A stretch of 64,000 bases of DNA from an uncultured bacterium (lineage in GTDB: Bacteria > Actinomycetota > Coriobacteriia > Coriobacteriales > Coriobacteriaceae), in the NCBI GenBank assembly GCA_905215115.1, contig CAJMOP010000001.1:2797-66796 (forward strand), written 5' to 3'. A program made the position numbers and the translations under genes. Below the pieces are notes generated by a model. The model was given only the letters and a program-made list of their open reading frames with translations, was not told where the DNA came from and searched no databases. Each line of letters begins with the position of its first letter. Position 1 is the first letter of the stretch. Of the stretch, positions 55,074 through 64,000 are shown in pieces.

Positions 55074-55871
55074 ATGGGTCTTGAGGGAATCAAGCTGATT
55101 GCATGCGATTTGGACGGCACGCTGCTGCACCCGGGGGAGCGCGAGCCGCGTTCCGAGGCCTTTGAGCTTATCGATGAGCTGCATCGTCGCGGTATCGTGT
55201 TTATGCCGGCGAGTGGCCGTCAATATGCGAGCCTGCGCTACCTGTTTGCCCCGGTGGCCGATGAACTCGCCTATGTATGCGAAAACGGAGCCCTGGTCAT
55301 GAGCGAGGGGCGTGCCGTGGTCAAGCGTTCTATGGAGCGTGGCCTGGCCATGGATATCGCGAATGCCGTGGTTGCGTACCCCCATGCCGACGTGACCCTT
55401 TCGTGCGAGGGACACCTCTACACCATGAGCAGCAACGATGCGTTTGTTGACCACCTGCGTTATGAGGTCCATTGTGATGTGGCGGTAGTCGACCGTCCCG
55501 AAGACATTGACGAGGATGTCATTAAGATTGCCTTCCAGACGCCCGAGGCGGAGCAGCCGGCGGCGCTGGAGTATTTTGTGCGTCGCTTTAGCGACCGGGT
55601 CGATGTGATGACGTCGGGAACCGAATGGACCGACTTTATCGGCTTTGATTCGGGCAAGGGGTCCGCGCTTGCCGATTATGGTTGTGCGCTGGGGATCTCA
55701 CCTAACGAAATGATGGCGTTTGGCGATAACGAAAACGATCGCGACATGCTCAACGTGGTGGGCCATCCCTATCTGATGGAGAGCTGCAATCCCAGCATGC
55801 GCGGTGTCAATGACCGTGTCCGCTACGTGCGCACGGTCGAAGAGGAGCTGCGTCGTCTACTTGCTGAGTAG
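55074..55871 (+). CDS. Cof-type HAD-IIB family phosphatase
   Basis: IACDLDGTLL (DxDGT), PASGRQ and AFGDNENDRDML motifs. Confidence 0.85.
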   Translation: MGLEGIKLIACDLDGTLLHPGEREPRSEAFELIDELHRRGIVFMPASGRQYASLRYLFAPVADELAYVCENGALVMSEGRAVVKRSMERGLAMDIANAVVAYPHADVTLSCEGHLYTMSSNDAFVDHLRYEVHCDVAVVDRPEDIDEDVIKIAFQTPEAEQPAALEYFVRRFSDRVDVMTSGTEWTDFIGFDSGKGSALADYGCALGISPNEMMAFGDNENDRDMLNVVGHPYLMESCNPSMRGVNDRVRYVRTVEEELRRLLAE

Positions 55872-55886
55872 GCATGTCCCAAACAT

Positions 55887-56267
55887 CTACCGGCAGTCGG
55901 GGCAGAGACCCTCGAAGATGGTGTAGTGCGACGTGACGTGCCAGCCGATTTGCTCGGACGCCTTGGCGTCGAGCTGGGCATCGAAGGGGAGCGGTACGTC
56001 GATGACGCGGCTGCACGAGGTGCAGATGATATGCGCATGCGGCTCGATGGTGCGATCGAAGTGGCTGCCGCCCGGCGTCTTGATGGAGAGGATTTCGCCG
56101 GCGTCGGCCAAGAGATTGAGATTGCGGTAGACTGTACCGCGGCTGATTTTGTCATCCTGCGCGCGCACGACGTTGTAGATTTCGTCGGCGGTGGGATGGT
56201 TATAGCTTTGGCGCACGGCGTCAAGAACCAGCTTTCGCTGCCTGGTATTCCTTCTTTGCACCGCCAT
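55887..56267 (-). CDS. Fur-family transcriptional regulator (Fur/Zur/PerR type not resolved)
   Basis: RNTRQRKLVLDAV, TVYRNLNLL, and two CxxC pairs (CTSC, CPDC). Confidence 0.85.
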   Translation of the reverse strand: MAVQRRNTRQRKLVLDAVRQSYNHPTADEIYNVVRAQDDKISRGTVYRNLNLLADAGEILSIKTPGGSHFDRTIEPHAHIICTSCSRVIDVPLPFDAQLDAKASEQIGWHVTSHYTIFEGLCPDCR

Positions 56268-56328
56268 GCGCCTCGCCTCTTTTCTATTAACGGTCGTAGG
56301 TAAATGATACCGTATTTAGCACACAATA

Positions 56329-56739
56329 CTAATAACGAGGCGTGAAACCGTCTTCATTGGCAAGTGGGGCTCGAGCCTGGGCGTCTGCGAGGCGAAAACG
56401 CGTTCCCATGCGCTCGTAGGAGGCATGAAGCGCTTCGAGATGAGATAGGATATTTGCCGGAGCTCCCTGTATCTCCATCTCGACTGAGCCGTCTTCCATG
56501 TTACGCACCCAGCCGGTGAGCGCGCGTGCCTGCGCGAGGTTGGTGTTGGTAAAGCGAAAGCCAACGCCCTGGACTTGCCCCGCCCAGCGCAGGAAATAGC
56601 GCAGGGGAGTGTCTTGAGTGGCCTCGTCGCTTGCGAGCACAGTAAGCCTGCGGCGCAGCTCGAGCTCGACGTTTGATGGTTTTTGAGGTTCTCGACTGCC
56701 GCCGGTGACGCTGGAGAAGAGCGTATCGAAGAGGCCCAT
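56329..56739 (-). CDS. Acylphosphatase with roughly 45-aa N-terminal extension
   Basis: GQVQGVGFRF and LTGWVRNMEDGSVEMEIQG motifs. The ATG is 2 nt after the upstream oxidoreductase stop. Confidence 0.75.
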   Translation of the reverse strand: MGLFDTLFSSVTGGSREPQKPSNVELELRRRLTVLASDEATQDTPLRYFLRWAGQVQGVGFRFTNTNLAQARALTGWVRNMEDGSVEMEIQGAPANILSHLEALHASYERMGTRFRLADAQARAPLANEDGFTPRY

Positions 56740-56741
56740 CG

Positions 56742-57848
56742 CTATGCCTGCTTGCCTGCGTCGGCCGGGAAGGTTATGCCGGCCTGCTGGCGCACGGCAT
56801 CCATGATGCGCAGCGAGACGAGCGTGACATCGCGGTAGTGACCAAGTTCGTGACGTCCCGCCGGGGTCTCCCAAATCTCTTCCTTAACGTTATCGATGCC
56901 GCCGATGGCGGTGATAAAGTCTGTGAGTTCGTATTCCATAGTGTTGCTCGATTTGGGCAGGTCGAGCACGCGGCCGTTGTCGCCCTGTTCGCGCGGTGCC
57001 TCGGTCGCCGAGCCGCGTACGACATCGCCGCGATAGTCGATGCGGACGTTGCGGGGCGTGGACAGATGGTCGATCTGGATAGTGCCACGCTCGCCTTCGA
57101 TCTGCGAGGGCAGCAGGTCATTCGTTATTTTGGAGTGCGCGAGCTCGACGGAGATACGGCCACCGCCGTAGCTGGCGAGGATGGAACCGCAGCCGTCGAT
57201 GGGGCCGTGCGTGAGCTGTCGCGTGGCGGGGTCGAGCAGAGTAGCCATGCTCGTAAGGCCGGAGGGCATGCCGAAAATCTCGACCATGGGCTCGACGGTG
57301 TAGACGCCAATGTCCATGAGGGAACCCGATGCCATATTGCAGTCGAAGATATTGGTGGCGCGTCCCGCGAGAATCTCGTTGTAGCGCGAGGAATATTTGC
57401 CAAAGCGCAATGAGGCGCGGCGGATGGGGGCGATCTCGCCTAGGGCGTCCTCGATGGCGTGGAAGGCGGGGTCGTGGAGGGGACGCATGGCCTCGAGGGC
57501 CACGACACCTGCTGCCTCGGCAGCGCGGAAGACTTCCAGCGCCTGCGCTTCGGTGGCGCAGAAGGGCTTCTCGACGATGACGTGCTTGCCACCGGCGATG
57601 CAGGCAAGGGCCTGCTCGTAGTGAAGTGCGTTAGGGCTGCCGATATAGACGGCGTCGACGTCGGCGGCTGCCGCGAGCTCATCGAGTGAAGTAAAGTTTC
57701 GCTCGCCACCGCGCTCGGCGGTAAAGGCGGCGCCGCGATCTGCATCGCGCGAGAGCGTGCCCACAAACGCAGCTTGGTCGTTGGCGTTGACGACCTGGAT
57801 AAAGTCGTCGGTGATCATGGATGTGCCGATGGTCGCTATACGCAGCAT
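56742..57848 (-). CDS. Gfo/Idh/MocA-family NAD(P)-dependent oxidoreductase
   Basis: MLRIATIGTSMITDDF Rossmann start and HVIVEKPF motif. RBS GAGGGGGA. Confidence 0.8.
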   Translation of the reverse strand: MLRIATIGTSMITDDFIQVVNANDQAAFVGTLSRDADRGAAFTAERGGERNFTSLDELAAAADVDAVYIGSPNALHYEQALACIAGGKHVIVEKPFCATEAQALEVFRAAEAAGVVALEAMRPLHDPAFHAIEDALGEIAPIRRASLRFGKYSSRYNEILAGRATNIFDCNMASGSLMDIGVYTVEPMVEIFGMPSGLTSMATLLDPATRQLTHGPIDGCGSILASYGGGRISVELAHSKITNDLLPSQIEGERGTIQIDHLSTPRNVRIDYRGDVVRGSATEAPREQGDNGRVLDLPKSSNTMEYELTDFITAIGGIDNVKEEIWETPAGRHELGHYRDVTLVSLRIMDAVRQQAGITFPADAGKQA

Positions 57849-57923
57849 GTATCCCCCTCGTGCCGTTCGGTTTACAGGATGAGTGTAGCGCGAGGAGGCA
57901 GGAAATAGCGTGCGAAAACGCCG

Positions 57924-58409
57924 TTACAGGTCGCTCTCGTTAAAGCCAGTGTCGATATCGAGGTTGCTGCCGTCGGCCGCCGTGGTGGCAAGTTCGTCGC
58001 AGCGCTCGTTGAGCTCATGGCCGGCGTGACCCTTAACCCAGATGAACTCAACCTTGTGTTTGCTTTTGGCGGTGAGTAGGCGCTCCCACAGATCGCGGTT
58101 CTTGACAGGCTGCTTGTTGGCGGTCTTCCAACCGCGTTTTTTCCATCCGTCAATCCAGTGCTTGTTGAAGGCGTTGACGACGTATTGCGAATCGGAATGG
58201 ACTTCGACCTCGCAGGGGCGGTTGAGTGCCTCGAGCGCCACGATAACCGCCATGAGTTCCATGCGGTTGTTGGTGGTCTTGGCGTAGCCGCGCGAAAGCT
58301 CGGAGGTAAAGGTCTTGCCGGCGGGGTTGGTGTATTTGAGCACGGCGCCGTAGCCGCCGCGTCCCGGATTTGATCGGGCCGAGCCGTCGGTATAGATGAT
58401 GACCTTCAC
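57924..58409 (-). CDS. rnhA: Ribonuclease HI
   Basis: [50 protein letters not shown] start after AAAGGAAG. Confidence 0.9.
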   Translation of the reverse strand: MKVIIYTDGSARSNPGRGGYGAVLKYTNPAGKTFTSELSRGYAKTTNNRMELMAVIVALEALNRPCEVEVHSDSQYVVNAFNKHWIDGWKKRGWKTANKQPVKNRDLWERLLTAKSKHKVEFIWVKGHAGHELNERCDELATTAADGSNLDIDTGFNESDL

Positions 58410-58472
58410 GGGCTTCCTTTCGTTGAGTGCGTTTCATGTGAGTGACCATTGTAGCGCCATGCCCGCCGGGGG

Positions 58473-59411
58473 CTAGCAATCTATGATTTCTGCCCCGTCT
58501 TCCGACAGTTGGTTGGCATGGATGATGCGGTTGAGCTCGTCGAGGTATTGTTGCAAGAGGGGAGAGGGCTTGCGCTCGTCGTGCATGATATAGCCTACGT
58601 GCATCGTTGGGGCGTCTGCTAACGGGATCGATGCCATACCCCATTGCATTTCATTGGAGAGGACGCCGGTCGACAGGGTGTAACCGTTCGACGTGATAAG
58701 TAAGTTGGTAAGTGTTCCGCGGTCCGAGATTCGTATGTTGCGGTCGCAAGGGATATAGCTAAAAGGTTCCTCGGCGTAATAGAAGGAGTTTGAGGTTCCC
58801 TGCTCAAAGCTGTAGCGCGTATAGGGCGTGAGGTCGGCAAGGGACAGCTGCGGGCGGCGTGCGAGCGGGTGGCGCTCGCTAACGAAGACGTGGACCGTCG
58901 CGTCGAATAGGGGATGGAAGCTTGCGCGGGCATCGGCGAAGGCCTTCTGCAGAACGCGGGCGTTAAAGTCATCCAGATACAGAATGCCGATATCGCTGCG
59001 AAACGCACGGACGTCATCGATGATCTGCGATGTGGTGGTCTCGCGCATGATGAACTCGAACTTGCTGTCGCGGCAGCGCTCGACTACGTTGACAAAGGCC
59101 TCGACCGAAAAGGCGTAGTGCTGGGCGGAAATGGCGAGGCGGGCTTGCGGGGTGCCACCGTCCTCGTAGCGTGCCTCGAGCATGTCGGCCTGCTCTACGA
59201 CCTGGCGCGCATAGCCCAAAAGCTCGGTGCCGTCGTTGGTGAGCGTGACGCCGCGGCTGGAGCGCGTAAAGATCTCCAGATGGAGCTCTTGTTCTAGGCT
59301 TTTGACGGCGTTTGAGATGTTGGACTGAGCGGTATAGAGGCGCTGAGCTGCGGCGTTGATTGAGCCGGACTCTGCCACGGCGATAAGAAAACGAAGCTGC
59401 TGGAGTGTCAT
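58473..59411 (-). CDS. LysR-family transcriptional regulator (divergent from metY)
   Basis: MTLQQLRFLIAVAESGSINAAAQRLYTAQSNISNAVKSLE HTH, followed by a LysR substrate-binding domain. Confidence 0.9.
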   Translation of the reverse strand: MTLQQLRFLIAVAESGSINAAAQRLYTAQSNISNAVKSLEQELHLEIFTRSSRGVTLTNDGTELLGYARQVVEQADMLEARYEDGGTPQARLAISAQHYAFSVEAFVNVVERCRDSKFEFIMRETTTSQIIDDVRAFRSDIGILYLDDFNARVLQKAFADARASFHPLFDATVHVFVSERHPLARRPQLSLADLTPYTRYSFEQGTSNSFYYAEEPFSYIPCDRNIRISDRGTLTNLLITSNGYTLSTGVLSNEMQWGMASIPLADAPTMHVGYIMHDERKPSPLLQQYLDELNRIIHANQLSEDGAEIIDC

Positions 59412-59570
59412 CGGTGCCCGTCCTTTCGATAGCTATCTAAAAAACCGATAACAGGTTAGCGCTTTTAAGTGATTGACCGAGCGAAACAATGCTCGTACTA
59501 TTCAAAACACACAAAGGCGGTAGGTAATTAAGCCGACCACGGAACCGGGATGTCAAAAGGAGGACCGCAT

Positions 59571-59624
59571 ATGAACTGCTTACCAAGACGAATGCCGGGC
59601 TCCTGTTTGCGCCCGTCGGCGTGA
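59571..59624 (+). CDS. Candidate 17-aa leader peptide upstream of metY (speculative)
   Basis: AAAGGAGG lies 7 nt before the ATG. It encodes MNCLPRRMPGSCLRPSA (2 Cys, 2 Met). No homology evidence. Confidence 0.2.
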   Translation: MNCLPRRMPGSCLRPSA

Positions 59625-59686
59625 TCAGGAGACAGCGACTTACTTCTCTCTTATTTATTTACTTTCGTTCGATCAAGGAGATCATC

Positions 59687-60997
59687 ATGAGCCAGTTCAT
59701 CAACAACCCCGAGCACACCTTTGGTTTCGATACCCTGCAGCTTCATGTTGGCCAGGAGAGCGCCGACCCCGCATCCGACTCCCGCGCCGTGCCTATCTAC
59801 CAGACCACGAGCTATGTGTTCCGCAACTCCCAGCACGCCGCCGATCGCTTTGGTCTTGCCGACGCCGGTAACATCTACGGCCGTCTGACCAACTCCACCC
59901 AGGGCGTCTTTGAGGACCGTATCGCCGCGCTCGAGGGTGGCGTGGCCGGTCTTGCCGTCGCCTCCGGTGCCGCTGCCATCACCTATACCCTGCAGGCTCT
60001 TGCCCAGGCTGGTGACCACGTGGTGGCTCAGAAGACCATCTACGGCGGTTCCTACAACCTGCTCGAGCATACGCTCTCCCAGTTTGGCGTCGAGACCACG
60101 TTTGTCGATGCCCACAACCTGGAAGAGGTTGAGGGTGCCATCAAGGACAATACCACGGTCATCTATCTCGAGACGCTCGGCAACCCCAACTCTGACATCC
60201 CCAACATCGACGCCATCTCCGAGATCGCCAAGAAGCACGGTCTGCCGGTTGTCGTCGACAACACTTTCGGCACCCCGTATCTGTTTCGTCCGCTGGAGCA
60301 TGGCGCCAACATCGTTGTCCACTCCGCAACCAAGTTCATCGGCGGCCACGGCACCTCGCTGGGCGGTGTGATCGTCGACGGCGGTAACTTCGATTGGAAG
60401 GCGAGCGGAAAGTACGCCCAGATCGCTGAGCCCAACCCCTCCTACCATGGCGTCTCGTTTGCCGAGGCTGCCGGTCCCGCCGCCTTCGCAACCTATGTCC
60501 GCGCTATCCTGCTGCGTGACGAGGGTGCCTGCATCAGCCCGTTCAACGCCTGGGTCCTGCTCCAGGGCACCGAGACCCTGTCGCTGCGCGTTGACCGTCA
60601 TGTCGAGAACACCAAGAAGGTCGTTGAGTTCCTTGCCGGCGACAGCCACGTTGCCAAGGTGAACCACCCGAGCCTGCCTGAGCACCCCGATCACGAGCTC
60701 TATCAGAAGTACTTCCCCAACGGCGGCGCTTCGATCTTCACCTTTGAGATTAAGGGTGGCCAGAAGGCTGCCTGGAAGTTCATCGATCATCTGCAGGTGT
60801 TCTCGCTGCTCGCCAACGTGGCCGACGTCAAGTCGCTCGTCGTGCACCCGGCTACCACCACGCACTCCCAGCTCTCTGCCGAGGAGCTCGCCGAGCAGAA
60901 CATCACGCCCTCCACGATCCGTCTTTCCATCGGTACCGAGAACGCCGAGGACATCATTTGGGATCTGAAGCAGGCCTTCGCCGTGCTGGACGAGTAA
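59687..60997 (+). CDS. metY: O-acetylhomoserine (thiol)-lyase / O-acetylhomoserine sulfhydrylase (PLP-dependent)
   Basis: FGFDTLQLHVGQ, VHSATKFIGGHG (PLP Lys), HPATTTHSQL and IRLSIGTE motifs. RBS AAGGAGA. Confidence 0.9.
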   Translation: MSQFINNPEHTFGFDTLQLHVGQESADPASDSRAVPIYQTTSYVFRNSQHAADRFGLADAGNIYGRLTNSTQGVFEDRIAALEGGVAGLAVASGAAAITYTLQALAQAGDHVVAQKTIYGGSYNLLEHTLSQFGVETTFVDAHNLEEVEGAIKDNTTVIYLETLGNPNSDIPNIDAISEIAKKHGLPVVVDNTFGTPYLFRPLEHGANIVVHSATKFIGGHGTSLGGVIVDGGNFDWKASGKYAQIAEPNPSYHGVSFAEAAGPAAFATYVRAILLRDEGACISPFNAWVLLQGTETLSLRVDRHVENTKKVVEFLAGDSHVAKVNHPSLPEHPDHELYQKYFPNGGASIFTFEIKGGQKAAWKFIDHLQVFSLLANVADVKSLVVHPATTTHSQLSAEELAEQNITPSTIRLSIGTENAEDIIWDLKQAFAVLDE

Positions 60998-61059
60998 GGC
61001 GACTTGTGCAAGGACCCCTTGCGACTCGATAGGTATAACTGCATAAATGCCTGCTCAAG

Positions 61060-61097
61060 GCGCCTGCGCAAGCAATGGTTGCGCAGGCGTCTTTTTT
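61060..61097 (+). terminator. Rho-independent terminator after metY
   Basis: GCGCCTGCGCAA ... TTGCGCAGGCGT stem followed by CTTTTTT. Confidence 0.8.
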
Positions 61098-61308
61098 GCA
61101 TAGGAAGGGCGCTATTACAGGGTTTTTGGCATGCTTTATGCATTTGAGTTGTGGAAAACTCCTGTTGAGAGGATGTGAGTTTTACGCAATTGACGTGCGC
61201 CTTTTGAGTAAAACCGCAGGTCGCGATTTGCTCGAGGTACTATGCAGCGCGATCGAATCACACGCAGCTCAAATGCAGCAAAAACGCACTACGGAGGTTT
61301 CCAGCTAC

Positions 61309-62085
61309 ATGAGGATCGATTCACGAAAACCGAAAGCCGCTGCCCTTTCCGCCGCTCTGACCGTGGCACTTTTGGCAGGCGCCGGCGCAACTGATGCCCA
61401 CGCGGCAACACTGTCCGATACGGTTGGATCTACGCCGTCCGAGGCGACGCTGGTACAGCCCGTTGATTATCGCGGCGATGGTTATGGTTCCATGCAGGAG
61501 TGGAACGCCTCGATGGAGGCCAAGCGCGATTCCCTTGAGATGCGCGCTCAGATCATTATGAATATGTATGGCGACTATGCTACCGATGACGAGCGCGCTG
61601 TGCTGCAGGGTTGTATCGACGGTGCGGGTAGTCTGTTGACGATGGGGGAGGTCGACGCGAAGTCGACCGAGCTCGATGAGCTGCGCACTGCGCTTGAGAA
61701 TGCCAAGCGCGAAGCGCTCGAGGCCGCCGCAGCCGAGGCGGAGGCTGCCGAGGCCGCCCAGGCTTCGTACTACAACGCCGGTTACACTCCGCCCTACGCG
61801 TCTGCCGCGTCCTACGCGAACGGATCGGGCCTGACGCGCTCTGCGGGTGTCAATAACTACAACGGGCGCCGTGAGACCTATTACAGCAGCAACGTGTTGT
61901 ATCACCACCGCACGGGCGAATGGACGCAGGATTCTGAGGGCTTCTGGCGCGATTCCGACGGCTATTACGTTGTTGCCGCGGGCGATATGGCCCAGGGCTC
62001 GACCTTTACGGGCTCCAAGGGTGATTGCAAGGTCTATGACTCCGGCTGCGCCGCCGGAACCACCGACTACTACACCGGTTGGTAA
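61309..62085 (+). CDS. Secreted protein with Ala/Glu-rich coiled region and C-terminal DPBB/3D-like (RlpA/MltA-type) domain
   Basis: Signal peptide KAAALSAALTVALLAGAGATDAHA. C-terminal pattern TYYSSN...GYYVVAAGDMAQGSTF...CKVYDSGCAAGTTDYY resembles double-psi-barrel cell-wall domains. RBS GGAGG. Confidence 0.5.
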   Translation: MRIDSRKPKAAALSAALTVALLAGAGATDAHAATLSDTVGSTPSEATLVQPVDYRGDGYGSMQEWNASMEAKRDSLEMRAQIIMNMYGDYATDDERAVLQGCIDGAGSLLTMGEVDAKSTELDELRTALENAKREALEAAAAEAEAAEAAQASYYNAGYTPPYASAASYANGSGLTRSAGVNNYNGRRETYYSSNVLYHHRTGEWTQDSEGFWRDSDGYYVVAAGDMAQGSTFTGSKGDCKVYDSGCAAGTTDYYTGW

Positions 62086-62276
62086 TCTGCCATCAGAGCA
62101 AAATAGGCACATGATGGGCGGGCGTCTTTATCGAGCTTTCGGGCAACGTAAAGGCGCTCGTTTTATATTTGTATTTGGGTTAACAGAGCCCTTACCGTGG
62201 CACTACGTTGGGCATATGGGCGCGGGGCACACTAAGTCATGAGAAACAAAGTCTTTCCCGTGGAGGAAGTGGTCTC

Positions 62277-62483
62277 ATGAACGCTCGAGATATCGCTATC
62301 GCCGCCGTCGCATTGGTACTTGGCTGTCTTGGCCCTACAGCTGCGCTTGTCGTAGGCATGCAGGGCTCGTGCGGGGCTGCTCCTATTGTGGTCGGCGCGC
62401 TCATCGCAGCAGCGCTGCTGGGAAGCGCGGGCGTGACCCTTTGCCGCGATGACGAGGACGAGATGCCGCAGGTGCGGCGCTAG
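62277..62483 (+). CDS. Small (68 aa) two-TM membrane protein, acidic C-terminus
   Basis: RBS GGAGGA is 7 nt before the ATG. Two hydrophobic segments are followed by CRDDEDEMPQVRR. Confidence 0.45.
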   Translation: MNARDIAIAAVALVLGCLGPTAALVVGMQGSCGAAPIVVGALIAAALLGSAGVTLCRDDEDEMPQVRR

Positions 62484-62520
62484 CCGTTGTGAAGCTGGTT
62501 TTGCCCATAGATGAAGAAGG

Positions 62521-62556
62521 AAGCCGCCGCAAGGGGAGTGCCCCTTGCGGCGGCTT
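62521..62556. terminator. Bidirectional terminator hairpin between convergent genes
   Basis: Perfect 16-bp stem AAGCCGCCGCAAGGGG-AGTG-CCCCTTGCGGCGGCTT. Confidence 0.7.
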
Positions 62557-62591
62557 TGCTATTGAGGCTGTAGGCTGTAGCACGCCGGGCG

Positions 62592-63506
62592 CTACCAGCT
62601 GGCCTCGATTTCGCGGATGCGCGAATAGAGCCATTCGTTTTGCGGCACCTGGATGCCGTGCTTGGCCGCGAGGCGGCAGATGGTACCCGCAAATTCCTCG
62701 ACCTCGGTTCTGCGTTGAGCGACGCGGTCCTGCGCCATCGAGGGCATGCCGGCGGGGTCGAGCCCTTTTATGAGACGCACCATTTGCGTTAGGTCTGCCT
62801 CGGTGAGCTCGATACCCTCGGCGTTGGCGACCGCAAGCGTTTCGCGCATGGCGGAAACAAAGCAGCGGCGCTGCTCGGAGCCCGGCTCCGTGGCGCTTCC
62901 GTAGGTCCCGCCGTACGCCATGCAGGTCTGGTTGATGCCGTCGTTGAGCATAAGTTTTGCCCACATGCGGTGGGCGATGTCGTCCTCGACGGTGTGGGCG
63001 ATGCCGCAGCGCGTGTAGAGCCCGTCGATAGCGGTGACGGTCGCGGGGTCGGTGCCGGCGGCCGCACCAAAGCGGATCTCGCCCGCATTGGTAAAGGTGA
63101 GCGCGCCGTTGAGAAACACAGCGTCCATGCCTTGGCAGATTCCGAGGACGGTGTGCTCCCAGCCAAAGCGCTCGGCAATCTTCTGCTCGCTGGTGATGCC
63201 GTTGCACAGCGAGGCGATGAGCGTGTTGGGTCCCATGACGCGCTCCATGGTCTTGAGTGCTTGGTTGAGCCCCGTCGTCTTGACCGTCAGGATGACCAGA
63301 TCGGCGGGTGTCGCCTCGCTGGCGCGGACGGACGTGAGATCGCAGGGCTTGCCGTTGACGGTGAGCGCGTCGTTCGCATGGCGCTCAAAGCGAGCGTCGT
63401 CCATAATGTATTCGACGGCATCGTTGCCGAGCGTCTTGGCAATCATGCTGCCATAGAGCAGCCCGACGCCGCCCTTGCCGATAAAGGCAACCTTGTTGAT
63501 CTGCAT
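62592..63506 (-). CDS. panE: 2-dehydropantoate 2-reductase (PanE/ApbA family)
   Basis: VAFIGKGGVGLLYG N-terminal Rossmann motif and ApbA-like C-terminal domain. ATG 63506 is preferred (9 nt after GGGGAG). Confidence 0.7.
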   Translation of the reverse strand: MQINKVAFIGKGGVGLLYGSMIAKTLGNDAVEYIMDDARFERHANDALTVNGKPCDLTSVRASEATPADLVILTVKTTGLNQALKTMERVMGPNTLIASLCNGITSEQKIAERFGWEHTVLGICQGMDAVFLNGALTFTNAGEIRFGAAAGTDPATVTAIDGLYTRCGIAHTVEDDIAHRMWAKLMLNDGINQTCMAYGGTYGSATEPGSEQRRCFVSAMRETLAVANAEGIELTEADLTQMVRLIKGLDPAGMPSMAQDRVAQRRTEVEEFAGTICRLAAKHGIQVPQNEWLYSRIREIEASW

Positions 63507-63524
63507 GTGAATCATCTCCCCATA

Positions 63525-63551
63525 TAAAAGGCGCCCGCGTAAGGGGCGCCT
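63525..63551 (-). terminator. Rho-independent terminator after the cyclase-family gene (minus strand)
   Basis: On the minus strand: AGGCGCCC-CTTACG-CGGGCGCCT followed by TTTTAT. Confidence 0.65.
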
Positions 63552-63627
63552 GATGGATTGTATGCTGCCAGGGTGATTGCTGGGTGCGCGGGGCGGCTGT
63601 TATGAAAAAGAAACGTTTGCCTGGGCT

Positions 63628-64000
63628 CTACGCTGCAGGGCAGACCGCAAAGACACGTGCGGGATATCCGACGCCATCACGCACCTTGGGGAAGGTGCAG
63701 AAGATGACGGCGCCCGTGGCGGGAAGCTCGTCTAGATGGTCCATGACCTCGATCTGATAGCGGTCGACCGAGAGGATGTACTGTTCGCCGGGGTAGGGGT
63801 AGGCGTCCTCACGCGTGGTCACGCTCGCCGGGTCGGTGTCAGCCGGCTCGTGGCCGATGGCGCCGATGTCGCGCTCTTCAACGAGCCACTTGATGGCGCC
63901 GAGGTCCCAGCCGGGGTAGTGGGGCTGGCCGTCCTCGTCCTTGTTCTCGAGGTCGGCGAGCTTGGACCAGTCGGAGCGGAAGGCGACGAAAGCGTCCTCG
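63628..64000 (-). CDS. Cyclase-family protein (kynurenine-formamidase-like), C-terminal part; the gene continues beyond the window
   Basis: The minus-strand frame is open to the window edge. It translates ...HYPGWDLGAIKWLVEERDIGAIGHEPADTDP...DRYQIEVMDHL..., resembling the putative cyclase fold (PF04199-like). Confidence 0.5.
   Translation of the reverse strand, partial: EDAFVAFRSDWSKLADLENKDEDGQPHYPGWDLGAIKWLVEERDIGAIGHEPADTDPASVTTREDAYPYPGEQYILSVDRYQIEVMDHLDELPATGAVIFCTFPKVRDGVGYPARVFAVCPAA

Noticed and set aside
59412-59686. SAM riboswitch or T-box in the metY leader.
   Set aside because: I could not find the conserved cores I remember for SAM-I, SAM-IV or T-box elements. This is left as a check for an Rfam scan rather than a claim.

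Overview
This 64 kb window looks like a chromosomal segment of a high-GC Gram-positive bacterium, probably Actinomycetota and Coriobacteriia-like. That placement is judged only from gene content and synteny. All product calls come from motifs read by eye in the ORF translations; no searches were run.

The backbone is a conserved actinobacterial housekeeping block: uvrB ... uvrA - ybaK - murJ - uvrC, then rapZ - whiA - gap - pgk - tpiA - gpmI - secG - opp operon. After that come a tRNA cluster (Leu; Gly-Cys-Gly; Gly-Val), nrdDG, folE/folB, and assorted housekeeping genes.

Three things interrupt the backbone:
- A roughly 10.7 kb sialic-acid (nan) utilisation cluster sits between uvrC and rapZ. 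It has a peptide-family ABC importer with a fused permease-ATPase, and tandem CE7 esterases, the second of which lacks the nucleophile serine.
- An AT-richer gene for a RayT/IS200-like HUH tyrosine transposase sits between gpmI and secG, bracketed by inverted 37-nt hairpin repeats (REPtron-like).
- yvcK is missing between rapZ and whiA.

The most unusual signal is a family of four 84-138 nt nested (composite) hairpins, arranged as two oppositely oriented pairs. One pair lies between oppF and tRNA-Leu, the other between nrdD and nrdG. Their internal-loop sequences are conserved, while their long near-perfect stems differ in sequence. All three stem mismatches become G:U wobbles in one common orientation, which suggests a structured RNA or an unusual palindromic mobile repeat that I cannot assign to a known family.

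Other notable items:
- an orphan partner-switching module (PAS-GAF-PP2C phosphatase plus a fused STAS/anti-sigma-kinase protein)
- three identical tRNA-Gly copies bracketing a GH13 gene
- a shared promoter architecture for the tRNA operons
- an HD-domain gene between folE and folB
- a SlyD/UreE-like pair with no urease genes nearby

No CRISPR array, rRNA or recognisable defence system was seen.
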